56,835 nt of DNA from NCBI GenBank assembly GCA_025449635.1, contig JANWIZ010000016.1, positions 1 to 56,835 on the forward strand. Direction: 5' to 3'. The notes under the pieces were generated by a model that was not told the DNA's origin, searched no databases, and worked only from the letters and a program-made list of their open reading frames with translations. This document shows positions 27,204-36,254 of this stretch, one piece after another. Position 1 is the first letter of the stretch, and each line of letters opens with the position of its first letter. The translations under genes were made by a program, and so were the position numbers. The stretch comes from Patescibacteria group bacterium (GTDB taxonomy: Bacteria; Patescibacteriota; Microgenomatia; Woykebacterales; RBG-16-39-9b).

Positions 27204-28244
27204 ATGGAAAACGATACTATGGTTCAAAAAGCAGACAATACTGTTGGGTTGCACGCTCCTGAGCTGCCTGAAATAAGCGGTCCTTGGTTCAACTCTAATC
27301 AGTTAAAAATTGCAGAACTTAATTCGCAGAATAAGATTGTCTTAATCGATTTTTGGACTTACAGTTGTGTAAATTGCCTACGAACATTACCTTATCTTAA
27401 GAAATGGCACGAAAAATATTCTTCGATGGGTTTAATAATTATTGGGGTTCATACTCCAGAGTTTGAATTTGAAAAAGAGTCTAAGAATGTTTCGAGTTTT
27501 ATTAAGAAAGAGGGTATTAATTATCCTGTGGTGATGGATAACGACTATAAAATTTGGCATAGTTTTGCCAATCGATATTGGCCAAGGAAATATTTGATTG
27601 ACACAAGAGGAATTATCCGTCTGGATCACGCCGGTGAGGGTTCTTACAAAGAGACTGAGGCTGTAATTCAAAAATTGTTGAAAGAAGTTACTGGAGAAAG
27701 TTTACCGAGCGTTGAAGAAGAATCCCATCAACACATTACTCAAGGTGCAGTTTGTTACCCAACCACCCCTGAGATTTATGCTGGGTATTTGAGAGGTAAT
27801 AGCGGTAATAAAGATGGCTTTGTTCAAGATCAAATCCACATTTATAAATCCCCTGCGAATGAGGACTATGAAGAAGGAAAAATTTATTTGGAAGGAGATT
27901 GGGTCTCGAAAAATGAATACCTAGTTCATCATCGAAATGTTGAGGAGCCAACTGATTTTATTGCGATTTTATATCAAGCTTTAGAAGTCAACGCCGTTAT
28001 GAAATCAGCTAGTGGAAGAAAAACCCGAGTATTGATCCAAAGAGACGGTCAACCACTGAATAAAAGCTTTGCTGGAGCGGATGTGCTTTTTGATGATTCA
28101 GGACTTACTTATATTGATGTTGAAGAGCCAAGGCTTTACAGCCTTATTAAAGAAGGGGAGTTTGGAAAACATATTCTTAAACTATCCCCTCTTCATGAGG
28201 ATTTCCAACTCTTTGCCTATACTTTTGGCGGTTGTGCGGAATAA
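27204..28244 (+). CDS. Thioredoxin-fold (redoxin) protein with a DipZ-like C-terminal domain
   Basis: 346 aa. It has the CxxC motif in FWTYSCVNCLRTLPYLKKW, then GVHTPEFEFEK and RYWPRKYLID as in the soluble part of DipZ-type proteins. No N-terminal signal or TM is seen. Confidence 0.7.
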   Translation: MENDTMVQKADNTVGLHAPELPEISGPWFNSNQLKIAELNSQNKIVLIDFWTYSCVNCLRTLPYLKKWHEKYSSMGLIIIGVHTPEFEFEKESKNVSSFIKKEGINYPVVMDNDYKIWHSFANRYWPRKYLIDTRGIIRLDHAGEGSYKETEAVIQKLLKEVTGESLPSVEEESHQHITQGAVCYPTTPEIYAGYLRGNSGNKDGFVQDQIHIYKSPANEDYEEGKIYLEGDWVSKNEYLVHHRNVEEPTDFIAILYQALEVNAVMKSASGRKTRVLIQRDGQPLNKSFAGADVLFDDSGLTYIDVEEPRLYSLIKEGEFGKHILKLSPLHEDFQLFAYTFGGCAE

Positions 28245-28256
28245 ATTTTTAATAAT

Positions 28257-28301
28257 TTGACTCCCCTACTTTACCCTGCTAATATTTGAATATACATTCA
28301 A
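28257..28301 (+). promoter_or_regulatory. Promoter (TTGACT-17-TAATAT) immediately followed by a 6-4-6 inverted repeat TTGAAT-ATAC-ATTCAA, a candidate ArsR-type operator
   Basis: The -35 is at 28257-28262, the -10 at 28280-28285 and the palindrome at 28286-28301, covering the expected start site. It is 22 nt upstream of the ArsR-family gene. Confidence 0.55.
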
Positions 28302-28322
28302 CTAATTAGTGGTAACCTAATT

Positions 28323-28691
28323 ATGCGCAAACTAGTTGTTGAGAAAACTGATTATCGTTGCTTAACCCCCTCTCTTACAGTAGGAAAAATTAATAATTTT
28401 CAACAAATTTTAGAAAAACAGGAAATTAGCAGAACAAAGATATTAGCGGAAATTTTGAGTGGAGATATGCGGTTAAAAATACTCTATCTCCTTGCATTAC
28501 AAAACAACTTATGCGTAAACGATATTTCCGATATTTTAAAATCAAAAATATCAGGGGTTTCTCATCAATTAAGTATTTTAAAAAAGGAATCGTTGGTTTC
28601 AGCCACAAAAAAGCAAAAAGTAGTTTATTATTCTCTAAGCGCTAAACTACCTGATCTTGTTGAAAATGCTTTGAAAAACTGTGATGTTTAG
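28323..28691 (+). CDS. ArsR/SmtB-family transcriptional regulator
   Basis: 122 aa. It has RLKILYLLA....LCVNDISDIL..KISGVSHQLSILKKESLV....KQKVVYYSL, the wHTH pattern of the family. Confidence 0.8.
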   Translation: MRKLVVEKTDYRCLTPSLTVGKINNFQQILEKQEISRTKILAEILSGDMRLKILYLLALQNNLCVNDISDILKSKISGVSHQLSILKKESLVSATKKQKVVYYSLSAKLPDLVENALKNCDV

Positions 28692-28737
28692 AATCAATTA
28701 CTAATGTATAATCAGAGTAAAGGAGCCTGCTAAAAAA

Positions 28738-29751
28738 ATGATAAAAATTGCAATTAACGGTTTTGGCCGAATCGGGCGACAAGCTTTTAAGGTCGCGCTT
28801 GATAAACATGCAGATAGTGTTGAAATTGTTGGGGTTAATGATCTTACTGATTCAAAAACTCTTGCGCATCTATTAAAATTTGACAGTTCTTACGGAATTT
28901 ATCAGAAAAACGTTTCTTTCGATCAACAAAGTGTTGTAGTAGAGGGGAAACCTTACAGGGTTTACGCTGAAAAAGATCCTGCAGCGCTTCCTTGGGGACA
29001 ACTCGGTGTCGATATCGTGATTGAGTCAACCGGTAGATTTACAGATCTAGAAGGTGCGAGTAAACATATTACAGCTGGGGCGAAGCGAGTTATTATTTCC
29101 GCTCCAGCAAAAGGTGAAGGAGTTGGAACATACCTTATTGGGGTAAACGCTGATAAGGATGATGGAAGTTCAAAAGTCATTAACAATGCTTCTTGTACAA
29201 CCAATTGTATCTCCCCTGTAGTAGCAGTGATGCAAGCGAAATTTGGTGTTGTTAAAGCCATGATGACGACGGTTCATAGTTATACCCAAGACCAACTTTT
29301 GCAAGATGGCCCTCATAAAGATTTGCGTAGAGCTAGAGCAGCGGCAATCAATATTGTTCCTACTACTACTGGGGCAGCGATTGCTACTACTGAGGCAATA
29401 CCAGAACTAAAGGGTTTGTTTGACGGAGCATCGATTCGAGTTCCGACTCCAGTCGGTTCAATTTCCGACATTACCTTTTTACTAAAGCGAAAAACAACTA
29501 AGGAAGAGGTCAACAACTCCTTAGCAGAAGCTGCCAATACTACACTCAAAGGAATAATGGCAGTGAGTATGGATCCATTAGTATCTTCGGATATTGTTGG
29601 CAGAACTGAGAGTTCAATTGTTGATCTCGATCTGACTCAGGTCGTTGACGGTGATATGGTCAAAGTTTTTGCTTGGTATGACAATGAACTAGGCTATTCA
29701 AATAGATTAATAGAGCAGGTTATTCACGCTGCTACTGTAAACAAGTCTTAA
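28738..29751 (+). CDS. gap: Type I glyceraldehyde-3-phosphate dehydrogenase
   Basis: 337 aa. It has INGFGRIGR, the catalytic SCTTNC and WYDNELGYS. Confidence 0.95.
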   Translation: MIKIAINGFGRIGRQAFKVALDKHADSVEIVGVNDLTDSKTLAHLLKFDSSYGIYQKNVSFDQQSVVVEGKPYRVYAEKDPAALPWGQLGVDIVIESTGRFTDLEGASKHITAGAKRVIISAPAKGEGVGTYLIGVNADKDDGSSKVINNASCTTNCISPVVAVMQAKFGVVKAMMTTVHSYTQDQLLQDGPHKDLRRARAAAINIVPTTTGAAIATTEAIPELKGLFDGASIRVPTPVGSISDITFLLKRKTTKEEVNNSLAEAANTTLKGIMAVSMDPLVSSDIVGRTESSIVDLDLTQVVDGDMVKVFAWYDNELGYSNRLIEQVIHAATVNKS

Positions 29752-29757
29752 TTTAAT

Positions 29758-30207
29758 ATGAAAATTTATTTAGCTTCAGACCATGCGGGGTTTGAATTAA
29801 AAGAAAAAATTGAAGTTTTTCTAGAACAAAAAGGTTTTGAGGTGGAAGATGTTGGACCAAACGAATTTGACCCAACAGATGACTATCCACAGTTAATATT
29901 GCCTGCAGCAAAAAAAGTTTCTGAGGATAGCAGTTCAAAAGGGGTAATTTTTGGTTACAGTGGGCAAGGAGAAGCCATTGTCGCAAACAAAGTTAAAGGA
30001 ATCAGAGCTGTAGTTTACTATGGTGGAGATACTGAGATTATTGATCTTTCAAGGGTTCATAACGACGCTAATGTGCTGTCAATTGGAGCTCATTTTGTCT
30101 CAGAAACCGAAGCACAGGTGGTCATAGAATCTTGGTTAAATAAAGAGTTTCCTGGTGAGGTAAGACACTCCAGACGGATTAAAGAAATACAAGAACTTGA
30201 GGGGTAG
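29758..30207 (+). CDS. rpiB: Ribose-5-phosphate isomerase B
   Basis: 149 aa. It has ASDHAGFELKE and GYSGQGEAIVANKVKGIRA, the Glu-type active-site variant as in actinobacterial RpiB. Confidence 0.88.
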   Translation: MKIYLASDHAGFELKEKIEVFLEQKGFEVEDVGPNEFDPTDDYPQLILPAAKKVSEDSSSKGVIFGYSGQGEAIVANKVKGIRAVVYYGGDTEIIDLSRVHNDANVLSIGAHFVSETEAQVVIESWLNKEFPGEVRHSRRIKEIQELEG

Positions 30208-30214
30208 AAATTTT

Positions 30215-30898
30215 ATGGTTGAAATTGTTCCCGCGATCCTCAGTAAAACAAGGGATGATTATCATCGGAAAATAAAGACAGTTGAGCCTTTGACCGATTG
30301 GGTACAAATAGATATTGTTGATAACCAGTACGCTCGTAATCAGACAATTGATGCTGAGGTTGTCGCTTCAATTAGAACCACATTAAAGCTGGAAATTCAA
30401 TTGATGGTTGAGCATATTGAAAATTGGATAGATCCTTTTGTGAAGCTCAAGCCTGAGCGAATTATTTTCCCATTGGAATCTGCCCGAGACCCTCTCAAGT
30501 TGGTTTATCACATGAAAAACCACGCTATTCCCTTTGGCTTTTCTCTTGAGCCAAAAACACCAGTAGACGACCTACAACATTTTGTTGATAAAATTGACGT
30601 GGCGTTGTTGTTGGCAGTAAATCCTGGTTTCTCTGGTCAGCATTTTGTTTTTGGAGTCTTAGAGAAAATTAGAAAACTTCGAGCAATGCGTCCTGATTTG
30701 TTGATCGAGATTGATGGTGGGATTGATCCGGGGATTGCACGAAAATGTGCAGAGGCTGGGGCGAATATTTTGGCTTCGGGAAGCTATGTATTTGATAATG
30801 ATAAGATAGAAGGAAACTCTTACAACGAGAGGGTGGCTAATTCAATAAGAGTTTTGAAAGAATCAGTGGCAGATGTTATACCAGAAACTTACGCATAA
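30215..30898 (+). CDS. rpe: Ribulose-phosphate 3-epimerase family protein with His-to-Gln changes at the expected metal-ligand positions
   Basis: It has VNPGFSGQHF, EIDGGI and ASGSYVF. However, VHFDVMDNHYVPN is replaced by VQIDIVDNQYARN, and DVHLMV by EIQLMV. ATG 30215 is preferred over the track start at 30197. Confidence 0.8.
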   Translation: MVEIVPAILSKTRDDYHRKIKTVEPLTDWVQIDIVDNQYARNQTIDAEVVASIRTTLKLEIQLMVEHIENWIDPFVKLKPERIIFPLESARDPLKLVYHMKNHAIPFGFSLEPKTPVDDLQHFVDKIDVALLLAVNPGFSGQHFVFGVLEKIRKLRAMRPDLLIEIDGGIDPGIARKCAEAGANILASGSYVFDNDKIEGNSYNERVANSIRVLKESVADVIPETYA

Positions 30899-30926
30899 AT
30901 ATTATTTAAGTAGGAGGTAAACAAAA

Positions 30927-31361
30927 ATGAAGAATTTAATAATTGGAATTGTTGTTGTAGCAGTTTTGGCTCTTGGGACATTTTTAGTTATTCAAAGCAA
31001 CAATAATAATGGTGATAAAACTTCGACTGAAAATCAATCCAGTAGTACTTCTAGCGATTCAAATAGCACTGAAAGCGTCAGTGAGCTCACCATAATTTAT
31101 TCAGACAGTGGGTTTTCGCCTCAAAGTGCAATTGTAAAATCTGGCGGGACAATTACTTGGGTAAACGAGAGCAGTGACGAGTTACAAGTAGGGGTAAACC
31201 CACATCCTAGTCATTCTGGAGATAAAGAAATAACTGATGGTCAGTTTGTTCTTTCAATCGCTTCTGGGGAAAAGACAAGTGTTAGAGTCGAGAAAAAAGG
31301 CACTTACAACTATCACAATCATTTATCTTCGCTCGATTCAGGTACTGTAAAGGTTGAATAG
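30927..31361 (+). CDS. Membrane-anchored cupredoxin-like domain protein
   Basis: 144 aa. It has an N-terminal TM, a Ser/Asn-rich linker, then a beta-rich approximately 90-aa domain (IVKSGGTITWVNESSD...HPSH...TYNYHNHL) resembling small cupredoxin/EfeO-type domains. Confidence 0.5.
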   Translation: MKNLIIGIVVVAVLALGTFLVIQSNNNNGDKTSTENQSSSTSSDSNSTESVSELTIIYSDSGFSPQSAIVKSGGTITWVNESSDELQVGVNPHPSHSGDKEITDGQFVLSIASGEKTSVRVEKKGTYNYHNHLSSLDSGTVKVE

Positions 31362-31379
31362 TTTTTTTAATAACTGCCA

Positions 31380-32249
31380 ATGGAAGAAAAGCTGCCAAAA
31401 AACCCAATCTCCGAACAAAAGCTAGCTGAGATAGCTTTAGACATTCGTGAGGATATTATCAAAACCTTAGTCGAAGCAGGTTCTGGTCATAGCGCCGGTC
31501 CGCTGGGAATGGCGGATGTTTTCACAGCGCTGTATTTTCATATTTTAAACATTGATCCACAAAACCCAACTTGGAAAGACCGTGATCGACTCGTACTTTC
31601 CAATGGTCATATCGCTCCAGTTTGGTATGTCACACTCGCCAACGCTGGTTTTTTTCCAAAGGAAGAACTTTTAACACTTCGAAAAATTAATTCTCGCTTG
31701 CAAGGACACCCGCACTTTGGTTCTCTTCCTGGAATTGAAAATACTGGTGGACCGTTGGGTCAGGGTCTCTCGCAAGCGATTGGGATGGCGTTGGCTGCCC
31801 AAATGAATCATCAGAAATATCAAATATATTGTTTGATGAGTGATGGTGAGCATGATGAGGGTCAGGTTTGGGAAGCAGTACTTTTTGCTGGTAAATACAA
31901 AATGCACAATATAACTGCCATTATGGATCGAAATAATATTCAAATCGATGGTATGACCGAAAATATTATGCCACTCGAGCCAATCAAAGATAAATATGAG
32001 GCTTTCAATTGGCATGTGATCGAAGTTGACGGTCACAATTTCGAAGAAATTATTGATGCCTGTAACATGGCCAAAGCAATTTACGAAAAGCCAGTCATGA
32101 TCATTGCCCACACGATTCCAGGTAAAGGTGTCGATTTTATGGAGTTTGACTACAAATGGCACGGCAAACCACCAAAACCTGACGAAGCCAAACTGGCTTT
32201 GAAAGAATTAAGGAGTTTAAAGGGAAGGATTATCGGAGAACATGAATAA
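31380..32249 (+). CDS. Transketolase, N-terminal (TPP-binding) subunit
   Basis: 289 aa. It has GSGHSAGPLGMAD, SNGH and GDGEHDEG-type SDGEHDEGQVWEA. Confidence 0.92.
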   Translation: MEEKLPKNPISEQKLAEIALDIREDIIKTLVEAGSGHSAGPLGMADVFTALYFHILNIDPQNPTWKDRDRLVLSNGHIAPVWYVTLANAGFFPKEELLTLRKINSRLQGHPHFGSLPGIENTGGPLGQGLSQAIGMALAAQMNHQKYQIYCLMSDGEHDEGQVWEAVLFAGKYKMHNITAIMDRNNIQIDGMTENIMPLEPIKDKYEAFNWHVIEVDGHNFEEIIDACNMAKAIYEKPVMIIAHTIPGKGVDFMEFDYKWHGKPPKPDEAKLALKELRSLKGRIIGEHE

Positions 32250-33213
32250 TCTTAATCCAAAACTTTTTGACAAAGATGTGCAGACGGCTGGGACCAGAGA
32301 TGGTTATGGTCAGGCGCTGCTGGAACTTGGTGAGAAAAATCACGATATTGTTGTCCTGACAGCTGACTTGGCGGAATCTACCAGAGTCGAAGAGTTTGGT
32401 AAGAAGTTTCCAGAAAGATTTATTGAGTGTGGAGTCGCTGAACAAAATATGATGGGAATTGCTGCTGGACTGGCTTTGGGAGGGAAAATCCCTTTTGTTT
32501 CCAGCTATGCGGTTTTCTCTCCTGGACGAAGTTGGGATCAGTTGCGAGTCAGTGTTTGCTACACAGAAGCCAATGTAAAGGTTGCAGGAGCCCATACAGG
32601 TATCTCTGTCGGACCAGACGGAGCGACTCATCAAGCGCTTGAAGATATTGCTATCGTTCGTGTGTTACCGAACATTGTCGTTGAAGTTCCCTGTGACGCG
32701 ATCGAAGCTAAGAAAACTACACTGGCAGCAGCAGCTCACAAAGGTCCGTTTTACTTTCGTTTCGGAAGGGAAAAAACCCCGATCATTACAACGGACGACG
32801 CTCCTTTTGAGGTTGGTAAGGCCCAAGTTTTGAAAGACGGCGATGACGCAACAATAGTTGCTTGCGGTCCACTCGTTTACCAATCATTACTTGCAGCTAA
32901 GCAATTGGAAGATAAAGGGATCAATGTTAGAGTTATCAATAATCACACGATCAAGCCGATCGATACTCTGACACTAGCCAAAGCCGCCAAAGAAACCGGT
33001 GCGATCGTGACTGTGGAAGAGCATCAAATCACTGGAGGCTTGGGCGGAGCAGTGGCCGAAGCACTAGTGAAAAACTACCCAGTTCCGATGGAGTTTATCG
33101 GCGTTCAAGATACGTTCGGTGAAAGCGGCAATACAGATGAATTGTATGAGAAATACGGTATGAGTACCGATGCAATTTACAAAGCTGTTCAGGATGTAAT
33201 TAGGAGAAAATGA
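32242..33213 (+). CDS. Transketolase, C-terminal (pyrimidine-binding) subunit
   Basis: 323 aa. It has FIECGVAEQNMMGIAAGLA and GPDGATHQALEDIA. It overlaps the N-subunit gene by 8 nt. Confidence 0.92.
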   Translation: MNNLNPKLFDKDVQTAGTRDGYGQALLELGEKNHDIVVLTADLAESTRVEEFGKKFPERFIECGVAEQNMMGIAAGLALGGKIPFVSSYAVFSPGRSWDQLRVSVCYTEANVKVAGAHTGISVGPDGATHQALEDIAIVRVLPNIVVEVPCDAIEAKKTTLAAAAHKGPFYFRFGREKTPIITTDDAPFEVGKAQVLKDGDDATIVACGPLVYQSLLAAKQLEDKGINVRVINNHTIKPIDTLTLAKAAKETGAIVTVEEHQITGGLGGAVAEALVKNYPVPMEFIGVQDTFGESGNTDELYEKYGMSTDAIYKAVQDVIRRK

Positions 33214-33494
33214 GCAACAAAAAAATTGAAAATACTTCAAGAAAAGGTAATTTAATTAGATTATTAATTATTAATTGTTTATTCTTACTATTCGTGATTC
33301 TACTAGGTAGTTATTGTGGCTTTGATGCAAGTGGAGAGTCTTGCAATCGAATAGAAAGATTCATAATGTACCTATTGGCTGCAATTGTGATACTTATAGT
33401 AAGCTACAAGTACGATCACGGAAAATATTTTAAAATAGGGGTTTTAATAGATTGTTTAACAATAGTCTTTGTAATAATTTATTTTTTTGGTTAG
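33210..33494 (+). CDS. Hypothetical small membrane protein (3 TM)
   Basis: 94 aa. The start overlaps the transketolase stop (ATGA). It has three hydrophobic segments. No family was recognised. Confidence 0.5.
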   Translation: MSNKKIENTSRKGNLIRLLIINCLFLLFVILLGSYCGFDASGESCNRIERFIMYLLAAIVILIVSYKYDHGKYFKIGVLIDCLTIVFVIIYFFG

Positions 33495-33500
33495 TAAATA

Positions 33501-34367
33501 ATGACTGCCAGAGATTGGTTAGAAAAAGCTAAAAAAGAGGGTTTTGCGATTCCTGCCCTTAACGCGGGAACTTTGGAAGTTCTCAAAGCAATTGTGGCTG
33601 CTGCGGTCGAAGCTCGTAGCCCAGTTATCATTGAAACTGCTACTGGTGAGACAAAGTGGATGGAAGCGGAAAATATTTTCTGCCTGTGTCGAAATTTTGC
33701 TGATAAATACAAAATTCCAATCATTATCAATCTTGACCATGCATATACTTACGAAGATACCCGTCCAGGAATCGAAGCTGGTTTTGACCTGATCCACTTT
33801 GATGGCTCCAAACTTCCTTACGAAGAAAATGTTGCCATTGCGAAAAAAATCGTTCCAGAGTGCCATGATCAAGGACAACTAGTTGAGGGAGAAATGGATC
33901 GAATCCCTGGTGAGGGTTCTGAGCTTCACGCTGAAGGTAGCATTGACGCATCAATTATAGAAAAAGGAAAAACCGTTCCAGAAAAAGCCGCTAAATTTGT
34001 AGAAGAAACAAAGATCGATATTTTTGCTTCGTTTTTTGGTAATGTTCATGGTATTACGGCTGGTTACACACCAAAACTAGATATCGAACTACTTCACAAA
34101 ATTCAGCAAGCACTACCAAATACATTTTTATCAATGCATGGCTCTTCCGGAACCCCAGAAGACCAGGTTCGTGCTGCTGTATCTGCTGAGGTGGTCAAGG
34201 TCAATGTAAATACAGAATTGCGCTTAGCGTACCGAAAATCACTCGAGCAAGCTTTGTCCGAACGAAAAGAATTAGCTCCGTATAAATTTTTCCCTCAAGT
34301 TGTCGAAGCGGTAAAGAAAGAGGCCCTGCGTTGGATTGATCTCTGTGGATCAGGAGGAAAAGTCTAA
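33501..34367 (+). CDS. fba: Class II fructose/tagatose-bisphosphate aldolase
   Basis: 288 aa. It has FAIPALNA, NLDHA, GNVHG and MHGSSG motifs. Confidence 0.88.
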   Translation: MTARDWLEKAKKEGFAIPALNAGTLEVLKAIVAAAVEARSPVIIETATGETKWMEAENIFCLCRNFADKYKIPIIINLDHAYTYEDTRPGIEAGFDLIHFDGSKLPYEENVAIAKKIVPECHDQGQLVEGEMDRIPGEGSELHAEGSIDASIIEKGKTVPEKAAKFVEETKIDIFASFFGNVHGITAGYTPKLDIELLHKIQQALPNTFLSMHGSSGTPEDQVRAAVSAEVVKVNVNTELRLAYRKSLEQALSERKELAPYKFFPQVVEAVKKEALRWIDLCGSGGKV

Positions 34368-35354
34368 ATGTACGACATTATTTCAGTGGGAGACGCAACA
34401 ATCGATGTTTTTATCAAGATTAACGACGCCCATGTCCAATGTACGATCAACAAGGAAATCTGTGAGCTTTGTATCAAGTATGGTGACAAGATTGCTGTCG
34501 AGGAAATGCAAAATTTGGTTGCTGGAAATGCTGCTAACAACGCTGTTGGTTCTTCTCGTCTCGGGATGAAAACTGCAATCTATATGAATGTTGGGGCGGA
34601 TGATTCAGGTTTTCGGATTAAAAAGAAGTTGGTTGAGGAAAAGGTTGATCCAAGCTACATCAAGGTCAACGAAGGTATGGAGTCAAACTATTCTGTTGTA
34701 CTGCGGTTTCAAGGAGAACGAAGTATTTTTGTTTACCACCAACAGTGGAAGTATGAATTGCCAAAAATGGAACCAACCAAATGGGTCTACTACACTAGTG
34801 CTTCCTCTAGCTTTACCAACGGAACTTTTTCTCAGGATTTAGCCAATTATGTTAAAGTAACTGGGGCTAAGATGGGCTATAATCCAGGGACTTATCAGAT
34901 GAAAGCCGGGGTTAAGAATTTCCCAGAAATATTGGCAGTCACAGAAGCGTTTTTCGTCAATGTGGAAGAGGCCAAAAGAATTTTGGGAATTCCAGAAGAT
35001 ACGGCGATGGACATCAAAGAATTATTAAAAAAGACTCGAGATGATCTTGGCTTGAAAACTGTTGTTATCACTGACGGTAGAGAAGGTTCGTATAGCTTTG
35101 ATGGCAATGACTATTGGAAACTTCCAGAATTTCCTGGAGAAAGAGTTGAGGCAACTGGTGCTGGCGATTCCTATGCAACAGCAGTTTGCTCAGCCTTGTT
35201 TCATGGAGAAAATTTGGCTGAAGCGATGGTCTGGGGAGGCATAAATAGCGCCAGTGTTGTCGGACAGATTGGACCACAAGCTGGTCTTTTAACACTTGAG
35301 GAAATAAAAAACCGACGAGAGAGTAAACCTGACTTTAAGGCAGAAAAAATATGA
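34368..35354 (+). CDS. PfkB-family carbohydrate kinase (ribokinase-like)
   Basis: 328 aa. It has GGNAANNAVG-like AGNAANNAVG and the C-terminal anion-hole motif ATGAGDSYATA. Confidence 0.85.
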   Translation: MYDIISVGDATIDVFIKINDAHVQCTINKEICELCIKYGDKIAVEEMQNLVAGNAANNAVGSSRLGMKTAIYMNVGADDSGFRIKKKLVEEKVDPSYIKVNEGMESNYSVVLRFQGERSIFVYHQQWKYELPKMEPTKWVYYTSASSSFTNGTFSQDLANYVKVTGAKMGYNPGTYQMKAGVKNFPEILAVTEAFFVNVEEAKRILGIPEDTAMDIKELLKKTRDDLGLKTVVITDGREGSYSFDGNDYWKLPEFPGERVEATGAGDSYATAVCSALFHGENLAEAMVWGGINSASVVGQIGPQAGLLTLEEIKNRRESKPDFKAEKI

Positions 35355-35602
35355 CTAAAGTTAAAATTTATAGCACGCAAACCTGCCCCTTTTGTAAAAT
35401 GCAAAAAGAATATCTTGATGGAAGAGGAGTAAAGTACGAAACTATTTTAGTCGATCAAGATATAAAAGCAGCTGAAGAGCTAATGAATCTTGAAGGTGGT
35501 ATGGGAGTTCCGTTCACAGTTTTCACAAAAGAAGACGGTAAAAAAGAATCAGTTTTGGGTTTTGATAAAAAGGAAATCAACAGAATTTTGGAAATAGATT
35601 AA
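35351..35602 (+). CDS. Glutaredoxin/NrdH-like small redoxin
   Basis: 83 aa. It has CPFC at residues 12-15 and GVPFTVF (cis-Pro region). Confidence 0.85.
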   Translation: MTKVKIYSTQTCPFCKMQKEYLDGRGVKYETILVDQDIKAAEELMNLEGGMGVPFTVFTKEDGKKESVLGFDKKEINRILEID

Positions 35603-35612
35603 AATAGTTGCT

Positions 35613-36245
35613 ATGGAAAATGAAAATTTAGCTCAAATGAGCAAAAAAGACAAAAAAGAATATCTAAAAGCGTTAAAGCAAAAGCAGGGAATTGGTAGTC
35701 AAAAGGTTCGAATTCTTATTAGTCTTTTGATCGGAGGTGCTATTTTGGCCGCAGTTGGAGGGCTTTATCTTCTCTCAGGACAGAAGCAAAGCAATACCAA
35801 AGATATTGGCTCTTCCATTACAGTAGATCCAAAAAGCGGACGTCAGCATATTGATCTTGGAATCAAAGGTTCAGGTTATACTTCCAACCCACCGACATCA
35901 GGACCACACTACAACGCTGCTGGTTTTGGACCGCTAGAATGTAAGGCCTATGATAACGAGGTTGCTGATGAGGGTGCGATTCACAACCTTGAACACGGGG
36001 GTATTTGGATCACTTACAAGGACAAAAGCAACTTGGAGCTAAAGTCCCAGCTTGAAGATATTGGCAAAAATAATACAAAGATTGTTGTTTCTCCTAGAGC
36101 TTTGAATGATAGCAATATAGCAGTTGCAGCTTGGAGTAGATTGTTAAAACTGGAAACTTTTGACAAAAACCAAATAGAAGATTTCATTAAACTATACAAG
36201 AACAGTCCGGTCGCGCCAGAGCCTCTTGCCGGTTGTGGAACATAA
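35613..36245 (+). CDS. DUF3105 domain protein, membrane anchored
   Basis: 210 aa. It has an N-terminal TM, PPTSGPHY and IHNLEHGGIWITY, typical of DUF3105. Confidence 0.75.
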   Translation: MENENLAQMSKKDKKEYLKALKQKQGIGSQKVRILISLLIGGAILAAVGGLYLLSGQKQSNTKDIGSSITVDPKSGRQHIDLGIKGSGYTSNPPTSGPHYNAAGFGPLECKAYDNEVADEGAIHNLEHGGIWITYKDKSNLELKSQLEDIGKNNTKIVVSPRALNDSNIAVAAWSRLLKLETFDKNQIEDFIKLYKNSPVAPEPLAGCGT

Positions 36246-36254
36246 CACAAATAC

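Noticed and set aside
31671-33878. Shadow ORFs overlapping the transketolase halves and fba: 31671..32162, 32230..32634, 32582..32833, 32665..32883, 33491..33730, 33519..33878 and 33544..33792.
   Set aside because: They overlap confidently identified enzymes in other frames or on the other strand, and they have no recognisable domains.
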